The notes: a model not told the origin generated them from the sequence alone. A stretch of DNA of 63,789 nucleotides, filler included, from Pirum gemmata (GCA_002812295.1; 26 parts of 26 records of this genome joined end to end with filler, not necessarily neighbours in it); one strand, 5' to 3'; counted from the first letter of the whole stretch, positions 1 to 13,700 are shown. Made by a program: numbers and translations.

Positions 1-261
1 ATTATTTTATATTATTATTATTATTGTGTGTTTATATTTACTTTTATTATTACAGTGGGGTACTTTGGATATTCTGGTAGTGTCGTTGATCGTTTTGTAT
101 TTTACTGTTTTGCGTTTTAAAAGTTTAAGAAAGAAAATAATGTGATAAATTAACCATAAACCATAAAACCATAAACCATAGAACCATAAACCATAAACCA
201 TAAAACAATCCAATAATCAATAAACAGTAAATAATGAATAATATACAATAAGCAGTACACA

Positions 262-1545
262 ATGATGAAGGTAAAGGTGATGGTAATGGTAATGGTGATG
301 GTAATGGTGAGGGTAATGGTGAGGGTGATGGTGATGGGGTTGATGATGATGATGGTGATGATGATGGTGATGGTGATGGTGATGGTGAAAGTGATAGTGA
401 TGGTGATGGCCATGGCGATGGTGATGGTGATGGTGATGATGATGACGGTGTGGTGATGGTGATGGTAATGGTGTTGGAGATGGAAATGGATATAGTGATG
501 GATGGTGATAGAGTTGGTAATGGGGATAGTGTTGGTGATATATCGATAGTGAGGGTGTTGGTAATAGTGAGGGTGTTGGTGAGGGTAAGGGTTAGGATAA
601 AGGTGAGGGTAAGGGTAAGGGTAAGGGTAAGGGTGAGGGTAAGGGTAAGGGTGAGGGTAAGGGTAAGGGTGAGGGTGTTGGTGAGGGAGGTGGAGGTGGA
701 GTTGGAGTCGGAGTTGGTGAGGGGAATGATAATATTAATGGTAATGGTAATGGTAATAGAAATGGTAATGGTAATGGTAATGGTAATGGTAACGGTAATG
801 GTAATGGCGATGGTAATGCTAATGGTAATGGTAATGGTAATGATAATGGTGATGGTGATGGTGATGGTGATGGTGATGTGATGGTGTTGGTGATGAAGGT
901 GAATGAAGGTGAAGGTGAAGGTGAAGGTGAAGGTGAAGGTAATGGAGTTGATGGTAATGGTAATGGTAATGGTAATGGTAATGGTAATGGTAATGGTAAT
1001 GGTAATGGTAATGGTAATGGTANNNNNNNNNNNNNNNNNNNNNNNNNNNNNNNNNNNNNNNNNNNNNNNNNNNNNNNNNNNNNNNNNNNNNNNNNNNNNN
1101 NNNNNNNNNNNNNNNNNNNNNNNNNNNNNNNNNNNNNNNNNNNNNNNNNNNNNNNNNNNNNNNNNNNNNNNNNNNNNNNNNNNNNNNNNNNNNNNNNNNN
1201 ATGGTAATGGTAATGGAAATGATAATGGTAATGGTAATGGTAATGGTAATGGTAATGGTAATGGTAATGGTGATGGTAATGGTGATGGTGATGGTGATGG
1301 TGATGGTGAATCGCATTGGTGATGTGTTGGTGTTGCTGATGAAGATGAATGAAGGTGAGGGTGAAGGTGAAGGTGAAGGTGAAGTGAATGAGTTGATGAA
1401 GGTGTTTGTGTTGGTGTTGGTGAAACGTGATGATGTTGATGATGGTGGTGTAGTGATGATGATGATGGTGGTGATAGTGGTGGTGGTGATGGTGGTGATA
1501 GTGGTGGTAGTGATGGTGGTGATGGTGGTGATGGTGATGGTACTT
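262..1545. repeat. Compound tri/hexanucleotide microsatellite (GATGGT, GGTAAT, GGGTAA, GAAGGT)
   Basis: Simple repeats with an internal gap; the ORFs here are only dipeptide runs. Confidence 0.9.
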
Positions 1546-1932
1546 AAAATGGTGTACGTGGTGAAGACTGGATGAGTGTTAACGAATGGCAACTCCAGCC
1601 TTGGCTCATTTCGGTGCTTGGATTTTTTTTTAGGCCTGGGAATGGAAGAGAGGTGTATCAAGGAAGTATCAAGGACTTATCAAGGTCACAAGATTTTTAA
1701 AAAAGAGAATATAAAATGTAGCAAATAATTTTAAATCGGAACAAAAAAAAGTAAAATTAAATTTTTTATGATAAATGTTTTAAAAAAGTAAATAATAAAC
1801 AAAAAAACTATATACCAATTTATACAAACAAAGTACCTAATTATTTCATTTCCGGTAGTAGAAATAAGAATGCTTCATTAAACACATTTTTAGGCGCAAT
1901 TTCACCAAAAAAAAAAACAAAAAACTAAAAAA

Positions 1933-1993
<61 letters not shown>

Positions 1994-2548
1994 TCGCACA
2001 AACAGCCAGCAGCCAACAATCAACAACACTAAATAATAAACAACAAACAATAACAACAAACAACGTTGAACCAACAAGTAATAAACAGCAAACAACAACA
2101 TACAGCTATAACCTCAATTCATTTCAAATTTTGTGAGTAGGATTTCCATAAAGCTATAGTCTATAATGCCTTATTTTGCCGGTTTTGAAGGGTTCTCGAT
2201 ACCATCACCATCACCATCACCAACACCATCACTATCACTATCACCATTACCATCACCATCACCATCACCATCANNNNNNNNNNNNNNNNNNNNNNNNNNN
2301 NNNNNNNNNNNNNNNNNTTAATTAATTAANNNNNNNNNNNNNNNNNNNNNNNNNNNNNNNNNNNNNNNNNNNNAAAAAAAAAAAAAAAAAAAAAAAATAC
2401 CAAGAACTAACTTTTTTTTTTAATTTTTTTTTGTTTCTGTTTTGTTTTGTTTTGTTTTGTTTTTTGTTTTCCTTTCTTTTTTTGTTTTTGATTTTGTTTT
2501 TGTATTTGTACACAGTATCCATATTTGATTAGATTTACTTTATTTCAG

Positions 2549-2764
2549 CTGTCTGCGCAATTGTTTTTACTGAGTTATGTTATGGATTCGTTTATGAGCT
2601 TGGTGTTTTATCAGTTTTTTAGAAAAGATAGTAAAGTGAATAGCGTGAGCATAAAACCATGGAATAGTCATACAAATCCTAGCACTCCTAATGTGACCGA
2701 ATCGAACTATAGTACTTTAAAAGTTGGCAATGAAGCCCCAGACATTGAATTAGTGGAAATTTAG
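2549..2764 (+). CDS. Putative terminal exon of a membrane protein (last TM helix plus cytoplasmic tail)
   Basis: A tttcag acceptor at 2543-2548 follows a T-rich tract. The frame LSAQLFLLSYVMDSFMSLVFYQFFRK...ELVEI* is non-repetitive, with a hydrophobic helix followed by basic residues. Confidence 0.4.
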   Translation: MSAQLFLLSYVMDSFMSLVFYQFFRKDSKVNSVSIKPWNSHTNPSTPNVTESNYSTLKVGNEAPDIELVEI

Positions 2765-3609
2765 AAATTTTTATTGAATGATTGGAAACGACTATCATTA
2801 TATAGTAGGCTCGATAATTTGTGTTCCGGATGAATTTGTGTTACGGATGTATTGGGTTCGAATCCCCCTAGACCAAGACGAAAGCCGTCTATAAATACAA
2901 CATACAGTCCAAAAAATCGTTGTCCCAATAACAACCAGTCGGGGGTTTCCAATAATTTACCCACCTGTGAATTAAGAAAATATTAGAGATGGTTGGGGGT
3001 TGGGTAGGCGTGGAACTGTACTGTTAAATTAGCGTTAGGGCTAGCCAGGGTTTGCGCTGGAGATAGGGCTTTGATACTATCGATAGATAGAGCGAAAACT
3101 TACCACATATATATGTTTGTATATACATTATTATATTATTTATACATTAACGTTAACAAAATTGAATCTGAACAAAAAAGAGCATTAAACATGTGGAAGT
3201 AGACTAGGTTGTTTTTGAAAACCTTACACTAACCACAGCAACCTTTTTGACAACCTTACACTAACCACAACAACCACAGATCTTACTTTATAAATGCAAT
3301 ACAAAAAGTAAGATTAAAATACTGCAGTGGTGACGAAAAAGATAATATATATTATATATCATATTATTTGATATATTACACTTTCCACATAATATATCAT
3401 ATTTTAATTAGAAACAAGAAAAAAACTTGAAATTAAAGGTGCAACTACTCAGCTACTTACAGATTTTAAAGGGGGTTAATTAGAAATCGCCTTATAAGAA
3501 CTTCCTCTCACCTTTTATGTAATATAGTTTCCATATAAGGATAAATATTATTGAACTTGCCTTTTATACACTGCGGTTTTCTATATTAGAAATCATATTA
3601 TTTATAAGA

Positions 3610-3667
<58 letters not shown>

Positions 3668-3827
3668 TATACTTATAAATTGTAGTTGATTAATTATAAA
3701 TGAGAATGATAAAATGATAATTAAGAAGGTAAGAAAGAGAAAAATAGAAATATAAATAAAAATTAACTTGCGAGATTGATGAATTTTCGTAGGATATACA
3801 ATTTCGCAAATAAATTATATAAATACA

Positions 3828-3866
<39 letters not shown>

Positions 3867-4160
3867 ATAGATAAAAATATAGATAAAAAAAAAGAGGATA
3901 GGGAGGTGAGGAGAGGGTGAGGAGTTGAAGGGTGCTGGTCATGAAGAGGGTGGTGGTGGCGGTCAAGAAGGTAATAATGGTAGGTATGGGTGGTGATGGA
4001 GGGTTAGGGTTAGAGTTAGGGTTAGGGTAGTCTAGCTATGTGAAGAGAAGTTAATACCACGTGACTGAAAGGTCTCCAGAAAATTGGCTCCAAGTAATAT
4101 TACTGTTTTTTTTTTTTTTTATTCCGCAGATTTTCCGCATTTTATTTTCGCCACTAAGAT

Positions 4161-4333
4161 GCATTTATTTTGTCACTCAGAATATTTATTTGGTGGGTTA
4201 TAAAGTTTAAATGGACATGTTTAAATGAATATATAGATAATAAAACATATCAAATTGAATTAAATGGGTTTATATTTTATTAATCTGGTACTTTTTATTG
4301 CATGTTTTATGATGACAAAACAACTGAAAAGCC
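4161..4333 (+). mobile_element. MITE family A copy (left end eroded)
   Basis: Colinear with 14455-14635; ends ATGATGACAAAACAACTGAAAAGC. Confidence 0.85.
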
Positions 4334-4842
4334 GACTAGCTAGACCCCCCTAGCTAGACTATAGGCCAGGACTCTAGCTAGCTAGCTAGCTAGGACCAGG
4401 ACTGTAGACTATCATAGTCTATATCGCTAGGTCTATATCGATATTATTAGACTGCGATATTAGACTACTCATTCACTTGTATTTTTATCATTTTCAATAA
4501 TATTATTTATTATTTATTATTTACTTATTGTTATTTTATTTTACTTTTATAATTATTACCATTATCGATCGTTATCATTTCCATTATCATTATCATTATC
4601 ATTATCATTTCCATTATCATTATCATTATCATTATCATTATCATTATCATATTATTATTATCATATTATTATTATCANNNNNNNNNNNNNNNNNNNNNNN
4701 NNNNNNNNNNNNNNNNNNNNNTTAATTAATTAANNNNNNNNNNNNNNNNNNNNNNNNNNNNNNNNNNNNNNNNNNNNTTTATATTCATTTTCCTTTACAT
4801 ATGATTATTGCTTTTGTAGGGTAATTACGTACGATCAATGTT

Positions 4843-4953
4843 ACCCTAACCCTAACCCTAACCCTAACCCTATAACCCTATAACCCTAACCCTAACCCTA
4901 ACCCTAACCCTAACCCTAACCCTATAACCCTATAACCCTAACCCTAACCCTAA
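4843..4953. repeat. Interstitial telomeric-type repeat (CCCTAA)n with CCCTATAA variants
   Basis: Direct reading; internal to the contig. Confidence 0.95.
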
Positions 4954-5496
4954 GAAAATATTTAAAAAATATAGTCAATAAATAAATGTTCTTTATATTT
5001 TTACTTTTAATTAATAATATTATTATGGTTTCAATATTACCTTGTTTGAGAAGGTCGTCCTTCTAAATATATATATATATCAGATGATGCTGGAAATAAT
5101 AGTAAACAAAATACCCTGGAGTATGAGCCCAAAGAAGCAACTAAGAATGTTAATGACAAAGATAAGGTTGTTTTTTTTTTGTGAAAAAAATTGTTTGTCT
5201 TTGTGGTCGTTTGCATAAACTTGGAGTATAATAGCAATAATAATGATAAGGATTATTTTGTTAATATGTTCCAGGATATTATAAATTAAATAACACTTGC
5301 GATTCTGAAAGCTATTTTTATTGTTGACCCTTCACTTATTTATTTTGGTAATTTGAATAACATAGTTTTCCTTTTTAAATCATTTTTATATGAGCATTCC
5401 ACACAAGTTAAGGTTAAATTAAAAGGTTACGGGTTAGAGTTAGAGATCAGGGGTTAGGGTTAGGGATTAGGGGTTAGGGTCAGCGTAATGAACACA

Positions 5497-5795
5497 AAAA
5501 TATACCAAAATAAATAAGACATATCAATTAAATGATTATTAGGTTAGTTTAAGGACAACAACAATGGAAAATACGATATAAACAAAAAAATACCAGAATA
5601 AATAAAAAATATCAATTATTAGGTTAGTTTTAATATAGAAATTTTGAAGACAACAATAACGAAAAATACGATGAGAAATAAACACATATTTGATAAATAC
5701 AAAAACATACCAGAATAAATAAAAACATATCAATTATTTTAAACAATAATTATTAGGTTAGTTTTAATATAGAAATTTTGGGGATAACAACAATA
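5497..5795. repeat. Three degenerate tandem units of ~90-115 bp
   Basis: ATACCA(G/A)AATAAATAA...TATCAATTA...ATTAGGTTAGTTT recurs three times. Confidence 0.75.
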
Positions 5796-5917
5796 AAAAA
5801 AAAAACATAATAAAATAAAACTATAAAAAAAGTAACTATAAACTTTATTTTATTTACATTAATTATAATTAAATGGATATTACATCTAATAACTACAGCA
5901 TAGTTTATCTCATAAAA

Positions 5918-6435
5918 TTATAATAAAACGCTCAAACAAAAGAATCTTTTAAAATTATAAATCCCTTTATCAGTCACCAATTCTCCATTATCATTATCAC
6001 CATCTATATCACTTTCCTTTTGATTATGTTGACTTTTGAATTTTTTTTTTCCCTTTTTCTTATAGTTTTTATGCTTATGTTTACTTGCACGTTTTGATTT
6101 TTTGATTTTCCCGACCATTATTTCATCTAATTGACAAGATGGATATTGATAAATATTTCTTTCTGCCCTTTTGTGTCGGTTGTAATTTGTCGTATTATAG
6201 TTAAGAGTAGAAGATTTTCGTACTGTTGGTGATTTTTGTATATTGTTATTCTTTTTTATATTACTGTATTTGCTTAGTTTCTCCCGATTTTCTTTGATTT
6301 CTTGCTTATAAGTAAGTCCATAATCATTAATATTACGTTGGTATCTATTTTTTTTACTAACTCTATATATTGTATCTCTGTCATATGCACTATTACCATT
6401 ACTTTTACTACTACTACTACTACTACTGCTACTAT

Positions 6436-6483
<48 letters not shown>

Positions 6484-6964
6484 CCCCAGAACTGTTATTG
6501 GTAACGTTACTATTATTACTATTACTATTATTATTATTATTATTATTATAATTACTGTTACTACTATTACTGGTTGTATTACTTATAAGATTGTAATCAT
6601 CGTTATAACCTTTGCTGTTTATCTTACAATTTATTCTTTTGTTTTCAAAAGATATATGCACGCGATTACGTTTATTCTTATAATTTGTGTTTTGTGTATC
6701 TTTATAAATCAAGGTTGCTAAATTATTATTATCTACATGATTACATTTCTTAACAACGATGTTTTTATTATCGTTATTATCATTATTATTATTATCACCA
6801 TTATCGTTATTTTCAATATTATTAGTTTTATTATTGTTGTTGTTCCGGTAGTTGTGGCGTTTTTGACTTTTTAATACTTTACAAGTATTGTTAGTATTAA
6901 TACTGTTTAAGTTATTATTACCACTGCTACAGCTTTCATAACTTCTCTTTAATCGATTATTCAT
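5918..6964 (-). CDS. Hypothetical N/S-rich, basic low-complexity protein (348 aa)
   Basis: ATG-initiated 1 kb open frame in very AT-rich DNA, with non-repetitive segments between poly-N/poly-S tracts and K/R-rich NLS-like stretches. Confidence 0.65.
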
Positions 6965-9585
6965 ATTTTCATATAATATATATATATATACCTATATTAA
7001 ATTTATCACTATGTCAATAATTTTTTTAATATTTTAAAATATTAATTTTTTTTTTTAATTTTTTTTTTTTTAATAAAAAGGGNNNNNNNNNNNNNNNNNN
7101 NNNNNNNNNNNNNNNNNNNNNNNNNNTTAATTAATTAANNNNNNNNNNNNNNNNNNNNNNNNNNNNNNNNNNNNNNNNNNNNAAAAAAAAAAATTATATA
7201 AACTAATTATTTGTTTTAAAAAAATATGAATTATATATATATATATATATATATGTATATAAACACACGTTTTCAAAAAACACATTTTCAAAAAAAAATG
7301 TTTTCAAAAAAACGTTTTCAAAAAAACAAAAAAGGAACAAAATAAACATCGAGGCATGGTAATATATATATTGTATATTAAAACAAATCATGCAAAAAAG
7401 AAAAAAAGAAAAAAAGAAAAAAAAAACAAACATAAGAAATAAATAAAAAATAAACAAACAAGCAACAGAAACAAATAAAAATATAATAATTACAATAAAC
7501 AAATAAAAAAATAAACTAACAAATGACATATATAAAAAATAAAAATCATTCCAAAAATTAAATAAAAATATTTACATTGCGTATATATATTTAATATACA
7601 ATAAGTCTTAATATTTTTACAACTAATACTAATACTAGTACTAATGCTCCTACTTTTTCTAATTCTAATTCCAATACTAATGCAAATATTAATACTAGTA
7701 CTATTGCTAATACTTATCCTGATACAGATACTAATTCTGATACTAATACTATTAACATCATCAATACCGATAATAATACTACTACTAATACTAATTATAA
7801 TACATACCGATTCTAATACAGATACTAATACTAATACTAATACTAATACTACTACTGATACTAATACTGATACTAATACTACTACTACCACTACCAATAT
7901 CATCACCAATATCAATATTGATACTACTATTAATACTTTATGAAACCTTGATACCATTGGTAAATAATGATCCCTCCAATACAGCTAATGTACCTTCAAA
8001 TAATGACAAAATCACATTTACAAATTATCTAGTATAAATTATAATAGTAATTTAAAATTATAATTAATTTATAAATATGATAATGAAGTATAATGAATAG
8101 CATTGTCACCTGTGTAGTCTATCACTGTCTATGACTGAACTATGACTGACTGTCACTAAATAGTGTCTATCTGTTTTTTTTTTTTTTTTTTTATTTTTTT
8201 TAGACAATCATAGACCATTTATATTACGTCATAATTCCAACACGGCTATAGCACAGCTTTCACTTTCAGCCTTTCCGATATTCAACCGTTCATCTTGTTC
8301 CGGGCCTATACCCACGTGTTCTGTGCCCTGTGCCTAAATTCTTCTTTTTCCACCAAGCCAAGAACTGGGGCACTATATATATCATTCGATATCAAAATGA
8401 TATATGAAATATATACATTTTATTCACAACCGCTCAAACCCCTTGACCATCAACCAAAACAGTAACGACCACACAAACTAGCTCAGGCATATATTGGGCA
8501 CACCCAACTTGCCGTCAAATGTCGAGCTAGTGACGTCATAAACACATGATGATGTCATATCCGGTTTAACCTATGTGACGTTACATGTATCGATAGGTTC
8601 GGCTCGACTCACTGACATCAGGAAAAAAAAAAAAAAAAGTGGATTTCCAGCGGCCAAATTGCGATACAAATTATTTTTTTAGGATTAATTTGGTGTAAAA
8701 TATCAGAAAAAATATAATATGTATGCATTTTAGACGTATTGGCCAATGATATTCTGGGGTTATCAAAAAAAAAAAAAAAAACGGTACGGTTTTAAAGGAC
8801 AAAAGGCGGGCCCCTGTTCTTTTCTAAAGGTGGCCGTGAAAAATTGGCGTAGACTAGCTAGCTAGCTAGACTCTGGTTGGAGTCTGTATGATACCAGTAT
8901 TCTCTATGATAGCTATCGATATTGATAGCTACTACTATCGATTGTGTAGGGCGGTGTTGAAACTTGAAAGACCCCAGAAAAAAAAGTCTTAGGTAGACCG
9001 ATCTAGCTAGCTAGCTCTAGCTACTACTGTAGTTACACACACCGTGACACACGGCGACACCAGCTGTGAGTACTAAGTAGTGAGTACCAGTGAGTTCCAG
9101 CGTCATCTGCATATATGATGCAACATTTCGGGAGACTTTTTTTTTACTAATCGGAGAAGTAAAGTTGGGTTTTGTAGACTTTTTCGGAGAAGTTTTGAAA
9201 TACGTCATCATCACCTTTAATTTTTAAGGGCAAGAATTAATTTCAGGCAATTTTTTTTGCCTAAAAAAACTTCTCCAGAAAAGTGAGTGTCTCCAAAACT
9301 TCTTTTTGAATTCGATTTCTCCAAAATTGCAATCGAACGAGATAATCGAGCTAACATTATTAAATTTTATTAAATTTTATTTATTTATGATTTTTATTTT
9401 TATTTTGTTTTTTCAGTGTTTTATTTATTTATTTATTTTAATTATTAATTTTTATTTTTATTTATTTTATTTATTTATTTATTTTNNNNNNNNNNNNNNN
9501 NNNNNNNNNNNNNNNNNNNNNNNNNNNNNTTAATTAATTAANNNNNNNNNNNNNNNNNNNNNNNNNNNNNNNNNNNNNNNNNNNN

Positions 9586-11141
9586 ATTCCTCGCTTTCTT
9601 TCTTTGCCTTACAATTTCTGCTCTTGTTACTTGTTCAATGTGTTAGGTTATTTTACACGTTCATATATTTGTTTTCTTTTCCTATAAGCAATGAATTACT
9701 AATGATTTTTCATTTCTATTTTTATATATTCAATTTTTAATATAACGCAGGGGTTGTTTTCTTTTCTGTGTGTTGCCTAGCTTTTTACTTCTTATTTCCT
9801 GTTCGGTTCAAATATATCAGTCAAGATCAAAACAAAAACGACTGCAAGTCTTTTGAGTGGGAAAGTTTTAACAATGTAAATATAAAAGTCATGTGGGGAA
9901 AATTAGGTACTCTTTTGTTTGAATACCAATCAAGCCATCCTGTTTTTAGTACTGCAGTTGGAGTTAAAGAAAGTTCTAAATTCCCCACAATCACTCCTAA
10001 TACTGATTATTTTTCATGTAAACAGTTAGAGGATTTCCTTGGTTTGATGGATGCTGATCGAAAGGTGATAGATAAGGGCAAGACATTATTAGACACCTGT
10101 AAAAGCATAGAAAGTGACATAGAAGATTTGGTTTCTTTAAATTTTAGGAAAAATGATGGTATGAGGAATCGTTTAAGGCAACTATATAAGTGTCAGGATT
10201 GTGAAAATAAAAAATATGAGCCGAACAATGGCGATTTTTATAAAAATTTAGAAGCTTCCTTTGCGAAGAAGAAAAAGATAGATAATTTTAACAAAGCTGG
10301 TATAATGAAAATTGTTAAAAGCCGTCCTTTATCATCTATTCTCGAAAGAAAAACCGATAAGCCTGTAATTGCTATATGTTTTGGAACCACTTCTAGAAAT
10401 ATTGACTTCAAAGGTACTGACATATTTCATTCTAGTGTATATCCTCTGTTTAACAAAACTTTACCTGCATATGTTAAGTTTCTAGAGAAAGGATTTGAAT
10501 ATTGGTTTGTTATCGGGATGGATAAAGGAGACGTTCAGTTAGATAATAAAAAAAAACAACGTGAGATTAGATCCTGGTTTAAAAGTCATGTAGAAACTCC
10601 TGCGAATTTAAGAGGAATAATAGTACAATTAAACATGGTAGCTTTCGAAAATACTGTTCATAAGCCCGGCCCTGTCTTTAATATCATATTACATTCGGCC
10701 TATGTGGATGGCGCAGATTATTTCTATCGCACTAATGACGATACTATTCCAATTACCCATTGGACTTCTTCTTTTGTAGAAATCTTAAAAAGCCATTCTC
10801 CGTCTAATTTTGGTGTCGTTGGACCTGTTCACGAAGGAAAAGGAGGAAACATGAATATACTAACTCACGATTTTGTTCATCGAACCCACTTTGAAGTTTT
10901 CGAGAAGGTTTCTTATTACCCTCGCGTCTTCTTAGATTGGTATTTGGATGATTGGATTTCTCATATCTACGGTGACCAGTGGACGCATCAAGCTGTAAAC
11001 ATTCTTGTGGATCATCAGTTAACTATGACAAGTTTAAAAAGATATCAAGCTGACAGAAATGCTTCTTGCTTTCTCGAGTATGAAATAATCAAATCTAACA
11101 ACATAATTACTAAATGGTTACAACGCAATGGCCATATATAA
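9586..11141 (+). CDS. Glycosyltransferase-like (GT-A fold) type II membrane protein, 5' partial; exons ~9586-9646 and 9751-11141
   Basis: Motifs ADYFYRTNDD (DxD-like), FGVVGP, ILTHDFVHRTH and DWYLDDWISHIYG. The acceptor gcag ends at 9750, and a phase-1 join gives a hydrophobic anchor (VLGVVFFSVCCLAFYFLF). Confidence 0.8.
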
Positions 11142-11242
11142 TTTGACTTTTCTCAATATAATGGGAGGTTTCGGAAGCTTTAAATTACGAACAGTCCAAT
11201 GAACCAGAAACGTTATTGGTGATCCTGAAATAAAAATATTTA

Positions 11243-11308
<66 letters not shown>

Positions 11309-12107
11309 TGAAGCTCTTCCCACCAGTAACCAGTAATGACAATAGTCTGATATCAATGAAGACTACCCATGATAATATGTATTTTCAATGGTACTACTTT
11401 TCGCTTTTCACATTTACCACAATGTTGTTTATTTGTCATTTAACTCATTGTATATTCATCGTTTTTTACCACACATCTAAATTATTCTCCTATCTTTAAC
11501 GAAATCACCAAAAAAACCGTTTAAAAGCTCTAGCCAGAAAATAAACTGTACTTTTATAGTACTTTTATGCAATGCAATACTTTGACAACTGATTAGTAAC
11601 TTAAAATTATATTACCTTTCTATCTTAGTTTTTGCGAAGTGAGATATGTTAAATAAGCTATTTGTATTTTTGAAATAAGATTATTTAGTGTTTATATAGT
11701 TTATAGAGATGATCAATTGGTTCTAACCCATGCTGCACATAATTGTGATTTTTGTGGAAAAAAAAAATTCTATTTATTGATATTATTTACCTTTCATTAT
11801 TTACCTTTCAATTAAAGAAAAATTAACCATCCAGTATTATTATTATTATTATTATTTATTATTATTATTTATTATTTATTATTTATTTNNNNNNNNNNNN
11901 NNNNNNNNNNNNNNNNNNNNNNNNNNNNNNNNTTAATTAATTAANNNNNNNNNNNNNNNNNNNNNNNNNNNNNNNNNNNNNNNNNNNNAACAAAACAAAC
12001 AAAACAAACAAAACAAACAAAAATAAACAAACAAACAAAACAAAATAACAACAACAATAATGATAATAATAATAATAAATATATATATAAGTAATTAATT
12101 ATTTTAC

Positions 12108-12320
12108 TTTTAAATCCCTGTGTACAATTTGCATACTATGTAAGTATTGTATTCCAGAAGTCATCTGTCTGCAGATTCGGCTCGCATCTTTTTCGGTAAA
12201 ACTACCCATTTCTACTATTCGATCGAAAACTTCTCCTCCTTCAACGAGCTCAAGCGCCAAGTATAATTTCTCAGTGGTATCATATACTTCATATAATTGA
12301 ATAATATTAGGGTGCTTGAC
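12108..12320 (-). CDS. Internal exon of a CAMK-group (CaMKI-like) Ser/Thr kinase; missed by the ORF track
   Basis: 213-nt phase-0 exon with AG/GT borders encoding VKHPNIIQLYEVYDTTEKLYLALELVEGGEVFDRIVEMGSFTEKDASRICRQMTSGIQYLHSMQIVHRDLK. Confidence 0.95.
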
Positions 12321-12476
12321 CTTTTATTTATTTATTTATTATTATCATTATTAAAATAGTAATAAGAATAATAATAATAATAAATATTGTTATATGTTAT
12401 ATGTTATTTGTTGTTGTTGTTGTTGTTGTTATTGTTGTTGATAGTTAAAATAATAATAATAATAATACTAATAATA

Positions 12477-12539
<63 letters not shown>

Positions 12540-12549
12540 TGCGTCATTT

Positions 12550-12833
12550 CTATTCATTTGAAAGTTGTTTGGCATGAATTACAGCATCCAAAGAAAAATC
12601 AGTTAACTGTTTTTTGTTTTTTTAATTTGAGTCGTTTGAATTTGAGAGAAATCACCTTCTACGGTTGCTGTTCCAGTAAAAACTGAAGCTAAACCATAAC
12701 AAAAGCCACGCAAGTATTTATATTCAGCTTCATAGTCATCACCACTATTAATTGGCAAAATACTTCAAAAGTATCATCTTGTGTTTGTTTCCCTATTGAC
12801 TGTTTCAGCGAAATCCCCATCTGTTTGATAGAG
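12550..12833 (-). pseudogene. Decayed hAT-type transposase C-terminal (dimerisation) region
   Basis: YKYLRGFCYGLASVFTGTATVEGDFSQIQ.../QLTDFSLDAVIHAKQL* with stops and a frameshift, matching the hAT C-terminal pattern SxxVExxFS...LTDxSL. Confidence 0.7.
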
Positions 12834-12929
12834 GTTTTTTTAAAAAACTTTTAAAAAAACAGTTTAAAAACTGGTTAAGTTCTTGATAGTCTACACACTG
12901 TCTACAGTCTGTCTACACGGATATGCTGA

Positions 12930-13230
12930 GGAAAAATGGCGACATCCGCCATGTAGCAACTCATGTAAGCTCTCATTATCTCATATAGCACCACATGAGC
13001 CAAGGACTTCAAAAAAAGAAGTTCTTTTTTTGAGGACTTCAAAAAAAGAAGTTCTTTTTTTGAAGTCCTTGTATGAGCTCAAAAATCCAAAAAATATCAA
13101 AATGATCCAATTTTATTTGAAAGTACTACCAAATTTTGTGAAATTTCTATTATGATTTATGAACCAATTGCTAGTTTTTTTAAAAATAATTTGGCGAGTT
13201 ATCGGTAAAATTACAGTTTTATCTAAGTTT
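12930..13230 (+). repeat. Dispersed repeat family E (other copies 24405-24620 + and 51880-52090 -)
   Basis: Shared AAAAATGGCRACATC...CTCAAAAATCCAAAAAA...TGAACCAAT...AAAAATAATTTGGC in three contigs. Confidence 0.8.
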
Positions 13231-13375
13231 TATCTGAAAGAGTCTGCTGTTGACTTGGAAAAAAAAAAAAAACCAAAAGAAGAAGGGCATGTCACATATA
13301 TAGTACTTTGGGTTTGTTTTTACTTGGTATTACTATGATAGCTTGGTAGACCTATTATAATAATATTATTATAAT

Positions 13376-13700
13376 GCTTTTCAGTTGTTTTGTCATCATA
13401 AAATTATACAATAAATAGTTCCAAATCAATACAATATAAATCCATTTAATTTAATTTGAGTTTAATTTGTTATATTTTAATATCTATGTATTGATTTTTA
13501 AAAATGTTAGTTTAATTAAAGATTATTACCCTCCAAATAAATATNNNNNNNNNNNNNNNNNNATATAAATCCATTTAATTTAATTTGAGTTTAATTTGTT
13601 ATATTTTAATATCTATGTATTGATTTTTAAAAATGTTAGTTTAATTAAAGATTATTACCCTCCAAATAAATATTCAGAGTGACAAAATAAATGAAAAGCA
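13376..13700 (-). mobile_element. MITE family A copy (part duplicated across a small scaffold gap)
   Basis: TGCTTTTCAGTTG...GTGACAAAATAAATGAAAAGCA. Confidence 0.85.

Noticed and set aside
150..1661. Long ORFs of MV/IT/HY dipeptides (also 7490-7957, 15863-16470, 23784-24483, 35946-36428, 36912-37467, 41225-42607)
   Set aside because: They are translations of simple repeats that lack stops by composition.
2715..2835. LKVGNEAPDIEL as a peroxiredoxin/deiodinase start with a downstream selenocysteine TGA
   Set aside because: A TAG follows immediately and no thioredoxin-fold motif precedes the TGA.
8546..8615. Possible box C/D snoRNA (ATGATGA...CTGA)
   Set aside because: No clear internal boxes or terminal stem, only a short wobble-dependent rRNA match, and a single copy.
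13435..13672. Tandem duplications across short N gaps (also ~15255-15670)
   Set aside because: Near-identical overlaps flanking a scaffold gap are probably unmerged contig ends or alleles.
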